Below, in pieces: positions 59,877 to 64,000 of a DNA stretch of 64,000 nucleotides. Origin of the DNA: Candidatus Heimdallarchaeota archaeon (GTDB taxonomy: Archaea; Asgardarchaeota; Heimdallarchaeia; Hodarchaeales; Hodarchaeaceae); NCBI GenBank assembly GCA_020353515.1, contig CP070695.1, forward strand, positions 1,829,435 through 1,893,434, written 5' to 3'. Position 1 is the first letter of the stretch. The number at the start of each line of letters is the position of its first letter. The translations under genes were made by a program, and so were the position numbers. The notes under the pieces were generated by a model. The model did no database searches. It worked only from the letters and a program-made list of their open reading frames with translations, and was not told the DNA's origin.

Positions 59877-61574
59877 ATGGCTGAACATAGACTTGATGAA
59901 GCAAAATTAGAAGAACTTGAAAAGGAGAAGCAAAAGAGAAGACGCGTTGGCCGATTAATGGTTTTTTGGAGAAGATTCAGACGTCATAGGATGGGTGTTT
60001 TTGGATTATCAATCATTGTTTTCATAACTCTATTAGCTATCTTTGCGGATTTTCTCGCTGGAACTAATGGCCTTATCCCATATGGGCCCTCAGACGAACG
60101 TCTCGAAGCTCAATATGTTGCCCCATTTGGATTTGAACTGAATAAAGATAGAGATGCATCTTTAGCTGCTCAGGGTAAGGAAAAAACATTGGGAGCAGTT
60201 TATTATGATAGAGAAATTAATTTTACCAATGGGATATCTCAACAAAACCTAACACATTATCAACAACTAAGTCAAATTGATAGTATTGAATCAGCTAATG
60301 GTAACAACGAACTTTGGACGAACTCTGAAGGGGATTTTGACCATGATTCTGGTCAGATTACTCTTACCGACAATAGCTTTAGTGGAACTGCTCTTGTTGA
60401 TTATCGTGTGGCAGGAAAATGTGCACTAAGGATTACTCCCTACAAGAGTGATATTTCTCAGATTAAAATGTGGATGAAGGTCGCTACTGACTATGCAGAA
60501 CTCTCTTGGCCCGAGCCTGTTGATTTATATATTTTCGAGGACGGAGTAGATTTCGATACTGGGGAGGCAATAGCCACAACAAGTATCGATGGTCATAAAA
60601 TCGTTTCTGGTCCTGGTGCTATAAACCCTACTGGTGTCACTTTTAATTTTGGTTATAAAGCTGTAGGAGTAACCCCCCAACGGAATTATTGGCTCGTTCT
60701 TGACACAAATCTCATTAGGATGGAGTCACCAAGCGTAGATCTCCGTTTATTCATGGATTCAGGCAGCGATCCATTGGATCCTCTTAACTTAATGGGAAGG
60801 GGAAAGAACTGGAATAATTATGAAAAATGGGAAGGTACTACAATACCAGAGGAAGGAGAGTTACCTCGTATGAATGCCTATTTTGGTACAAATAAATTCC
60901 ACCTACTTGGTACAGATTCCTTAGGTAGAGACATACTCTCAGCTACTATCCATGGTGCTAGAACCTCACTTATTGTAGCTTTTGTTGCAATATCTATCCG
61001 AATCGTTATTGGTCTAGCTTTAGGTTCGATTGCAGGTTATTATGGTGGGAAAATTGATAATGCTATCATGAGACTAACTGATGTTTTCCTAGCAATTCCC
61101 TTTTTCTTTCTTATTCTTATTGCAATTACTATTTGGGAACAAGTAAGCTTAATAGTGCTTTCAATTACCCTTGGGTTGTTTGGTTGGTCACAAACTGCTC
61201 GAATTGTACGTGCTGAATTTCTCCACTTGCGAGAAATGGAGTATACCGATGCTGCTAAATCCCTAGGGGTATCTGATAGATCTATAATTTTCAAACATCT
61301 TTTACCCAATGCAATGGCCCCTGTTATCGTGACCGCATCATTAGGAGTTGCTACAGTAATATTAATTGAAGCAGGGCTCTCATTCCTTGGTTTTGGTGAC
61401 CCATTAGCAATTTCTTGGGGAACAGCTATTCAATGGGGGATAGCTGGGCAGTCATTGAGGTTTGCTCCTTGGGTAGCCACAATCCCAGGGCTTGCAATAT
61501 TCGTTGCAGTTGTTGGTTTTAATCTACTAGGAGATGCCTTAAGAGATGCACTCGATCCTAGGTTGAAAAATTAA
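59877..61574 (+). CDS. dppC: Peptide/nickel ABC permease, DppC/OppC type, with a large extracytoplasmic insertion
   Basis: WRRFRR, HLLGTD.LGRD, EAA-type loop, [15 protein letters not shown]; about 260 extra residues after TM1. Confidence 0.9.
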   Translation: MAEHRLDEAKLEELEKEKQKRRRVGRLMVFWRRFRRHRMGVFGLSIIVFITLLAIFADFLAGTNGLIPYGPSDERLEAQYVAPFGFELNKDRDASLAAQGKEKTLGAVYYDREINFTNGISQQNLTHYQQLSQIDSIESANGNNELWTNSEGDFDHDSGQITLTDNSFSGTALVDYRVAGKCALRITPYKSDISQIKMWMKVATDYAELSWPEPVDLYIFEDGVDFDTGEAIATTSIDGHKIVSGPGAINPTGVTFNFGYKAVGVTPQRNYWLVLDTNLIRMESPSVDLRLFMDSGSDPLDPLNLMGRGKNWNNYEKWEGTTIPEEGELPRMNAYFGTNKFHLLGTDSLGRDILSATIHGARTSLIVAFVAISIRIVIGLALGSIAGYYGGKIDNAIMRLTDVFLAIPFFFLILIAITIWEQVSLIVLSITLGLFGWSQTARIVRAEFLHLREMEYTDAAKSLGVSDRSIIFKHLLPNAMAPVIVTASLGVATVILIEAGLSFLGFGDPLAISWGTAIQWGIAGQSLRFAPWVATIPGLAIFVAVVGFNLLGDALRDALDPRLKN

Positions 61575-61589
61575 TCAAGAGGGTACATA

Positions 61590-62582
61590 ATGAGTACAAC
61601 ATCTACAGATGGGACCATCCTTGAAATGAAAGGATTAAAGACACAATTCTTCACTGAAGACGGAGTCGTAAAAGCTGTTGACGGTGTAGACCTTAAAATA
61701 AAAAGGAAAGAGGTTTTAGGGCTTGTGGGAGAATCAGGTTGTGGGAAGACGATGACTTCGCTCTCAATACTACGCCTGATTCCTGATCCTCCAGGTAAAA
61801 TCGTTGAAGGAGAAGTTTTCTTTAATGGTAAGGATCTCCTAAAATTAACTGAAGACGAAATTCGTTCAATTCGTGGTAATGAAATCTCAATGATTTTCCA
61901 AGACCCTATGACTTCACTTAACCCAGTTTTTACAGTAGAGAATCAGATTCTTGAGAATATTAAATTACACCAGAACCTAGACGATAAGGAAGCATTAGAA
62001 TCTGGAATCCAGATGTTAGACTTGGTAGGAATTCCTGAAGCTTCAAAACGAATACATGATTACCCACATCTCTTTAGCGGAGGCATGAGACAACGAGTAA
62101 TGATAGCAATGGCTTTATCATGCCAGCCTGATCTATTAATTGCTGATGAACCTACAACCGCTTTAGACGTTACTATTCAAGCCCAGGTTTTAGAATTAAT
62201 GAAAAATCTTCAAGAGGAACTTAATATGGCTATTCTTTATATTACACATAATCTGGGTGTTATTGCAGAGATTTCTGATAATGTCGCAGTTATGTACGCA
62301 GGCAACATTGTCGAGTACGCTGCTGTTGAACCACTATTTGGAAGTCCGAGTCATCCCTATACACAAGCCTTGTTAGGTTCAATACCACGAATGGATAAGA
62401 AATTAGATCGTCTAAGTGTTATTAAAGGAACAGTACCAAACTTAATAACCCCGCCAACTGGTTGTAGATTCCATCCCCGTTGTCCTTACGCGACTGAAGT
62501 ATGTAAGGAACAAAAACCTCCTTATATTGATGTTGAACCAAATCATAAAGTCTATTGCCATTATGCAGGACAATTAGAGTGA
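61590..62582 (+). CDS. dppD: Peptide ABC ATPase, DppD/OppD type
   Basis: [44 protein letters not shown]. Confidence 0.95.
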   Translation: MSTTSTDGTILEMKGLKTQFFTEDGVVKAVDGVDLKIKRKEVLGLVGESGCGKTMTSLSILRLIPDPPGKIVEGEVFFNGKDLLKLTEDEIRSIRGNEISMIFQDPMTSLNPVFTVENQILENIKLHQNLDDKEALESGIQMLDLVGIPEASKRIHDYPHLFSGGMRQRVMIAMALSCQPDLLIADEPTTALDVTIQAQVLELMKNLQEELNMAILYITHNLGVIAEISDNVAVMYAGNIVEYAAVEPLFGSPSHPYTQALLGSIPRMDKKLDRLSVIKGTVPNLITPPTGCRFHPRCPYATEVCKEQKPPYIDVEPNHKVYCHYAGQLE

Positions 62583-62593
62583 GGTAATATAAA

Positions 62594-63580
62594 TTGGCAA
62601 CTAATGGACAAGCAATTATTGAAGTGAACAATTTATACAAATTCTTTCCTGTGAAGGAAGGAATCATTCGACAGACTGTAAAAGGGAATATACATGCTGT
62701 AGATAATATTTCTTTTAAAGTTTTCAAAGGAGAGACAATGGGTTTAGTTGGAGAAAGTGGTTGTGGGAAAACAACTACTGCTAGAATGCTATTAAGGCTT
62801 GATGAACCGACTGATGGAGAAATTTGGATCAATGGGATAGAAATCTCTAAAATCAAGAAAAGGGATATGCACCTTTTTCGTAAATCGATACAAATGGTAT
62901 TCCAAGACCCCTACTCTTCCCTAAATCCTCGAATGACTGTTTATGATATCATATCTGAAGGGATAAAGCTCTTTAAACTAACCAGAAGTAAGACTGAGAC
63001 TGAAGAAAGAGTATTGGAATTAATGGATTTAGTAGGATTAGCTCCTTTTCACATTTATCGATATCCTCATGAATTTTCTGGAGGACAAAGACAAAGAATT
63101 GGGATTGCACGCTCCCTCTCCGTTAGTCCTGATATAATTGTGGCTGATGAACCTGTTTCAGCTCTTGACGTTTCAATACGTGCTCAAATATTAAATCTCC
63201 TTGATGATCTCCAAAATGAACTGGGTCTAACATATATTATTGTTGCCCATGACCTCTCAGTAATAAGACATGTATCTGATCGGGTTGCAGTAATGTACGT
63301 TGGTAAGCTTGTTGAAGTTGCAGAAACCAACGAATTATACGGACAGCCAATGCATCCTTATACTGAAGCACTTATGTCCGCTGTACCAATTCCAGACCCC
63401 AGTGTTCGGGACAAACGGAAACGAATAATTTTACATGGAGACGCTGCCACCCCATTTAATCCTAAACCAGGCTGTCGATTTAAAGAAAGATGTGCATATG
63501 CAAAGAAAAAGTGTGAGGAAGATCCTCCTTTAGAAGAAAAAACACCCGGTCATTTTGCTGCATGTTGGTTCCCCAAGTAA
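62594..63580 (+). CDS. dppF: Peptide ABC ATPase, DppF/OppF type
   Basis: [32 protein letters not shown]. Confidence 0.95.
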   Translation: MATNGQAIIEVNNLYKFFPVKEGIIRQTVKGNIHAVDNISFKVFKGETMGLVGESGCGKTTTARMLLRLDEPTDGEIWINGIEISKIKKRDMHLFRKSIQMVFQDPYSSLNPRMTVYDIISEGIKLFKLTRSKTETEERVLELMDLVGLAPFHIYRYPHEFSGGQRQRIGIARSLSVSPDIIVADEPVSALDVSIRAQILNLLDDLQNELGLTYIIVAHDLSVIRHVSDRVAVMYVGKLVEVAETNELYGQPMHPYTEALMSAVPIPDPSVRDKRKRIILHGDAATPFNPKPGCRFKERCAYAKKKCEEDPPLEEKTPGHFAACWFPK

Positions 63581-63627
63581 TTTGTTGTTCTAAAAATAAA
63601 GGTTGAATGAAGACACTGTAACTGTCC

Positions 63628-64000
63628 ATGCAAATGGAAAGAAGATTGATGCGATCGAATAAGTCTTCACAGGACTTTTTAAAGTTTTTAGAGGAAAACT
63701 ATCAAATATTATTTGCTATAATAGCCGCTTTTCTTTTATTTCTTAGTAATATCATTTTCACACAGGATATCGGTCTTTATATGGCATTCACTATTATTAC
63801 AATTCTCATAGAGGTAATGGTTGGCTCCATCTTCCTTTTATTCAACACTACCTCCTTGATTCTAGCACTGGTTCTTCAAGAAGGATTATCACCTATAGAA
63901 AAACGATGGGTACAACAAAAAACACGTAAAAATTTGGCAATAATTGTCATATGGCTTCTATTTTCAATATTCACTTTCATCATTATCGCGCCTAACTTCG
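63628..64000 (+). CDS. Membrane protein, 3'-truncated by the window edge
   Basis: Open frame from ATG 63628 (or 63649) to the end, with at least three hydrophobic segments (ILFAIIAAFLLF..., LAIIVIWLLFSIF...). Confidence 0.6.
   Translation, partial: MQMERRLMRSNKSSQDFLKFLEENYQILFAIIAAFLLFLSNIIFTQDIGLYMAFTIITILIEVMVGSIFLLFNTTSLILALVLQEGLSPIEKRWVQQKTRKNLAIIVIWLLFSIFTFIIIAPNF

Noticed and set aside
422-62856. Short antisense or alternate-frame ORFs in the track (e.g. 3252-3551, 5232-5636, 14827-15204, 26679-27020, 30659-31012, 62422-62856)
   Set aside because: They lie within or overlap well-supported genes and show no motifs; treated as shadow ORFs.

Overview
AT-rich, densely coding prokaryotic window that reads as archaeal chromosomal DNA. 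Supporting signs are a class III signal-peptide pilin, a tungsten-type AOR, T-tract terminators, and many TTG/GTG starts with GGAGG/GGTGA SD sites. A longin-like domain and several C-terminally anchored surface proteins suggest an Asgard (Heimdallarchaeia-like) host, which is inference only. Left to right: a sugar kinase-gnd pair; transporters and a guanidino/amide-hydrolase cluster; a 9.4-kb island with three DNA methyltransferase systems but no restriction nuclease, interleaved with a lone pilin; a PadR-linked heterodimeric ABC exporter with a Met-rich repeat tail; beta-helix, M14 and Ig-like surface proteins; ccdA-tlpA; a MacB/LolCDE-type ABC operon; an RHH plus 7TM pair; Ste24; a 1917-aa subtilase; cysS; patB; an unknown-aminotransferase-hom-AOR operon; and dppBCDF. 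The best candidate for an undescribed system is the operon at 33582-40601, in which one ATPase carries about 327 extra N-terminal residues resembling a longin/DENN (small-GTPase regulator) module. Its upstream region shares a 16-bp operator-like motif with the RHH-7TM locus. Also notable is the giant membrane-anchored subtilase, which has all four catalytic positions substituted and site-1-protease-like accessory domains. No rRNA, tRNA, CRISPR array or transposase was recognised. All family calls come from motif reading, not database searches.
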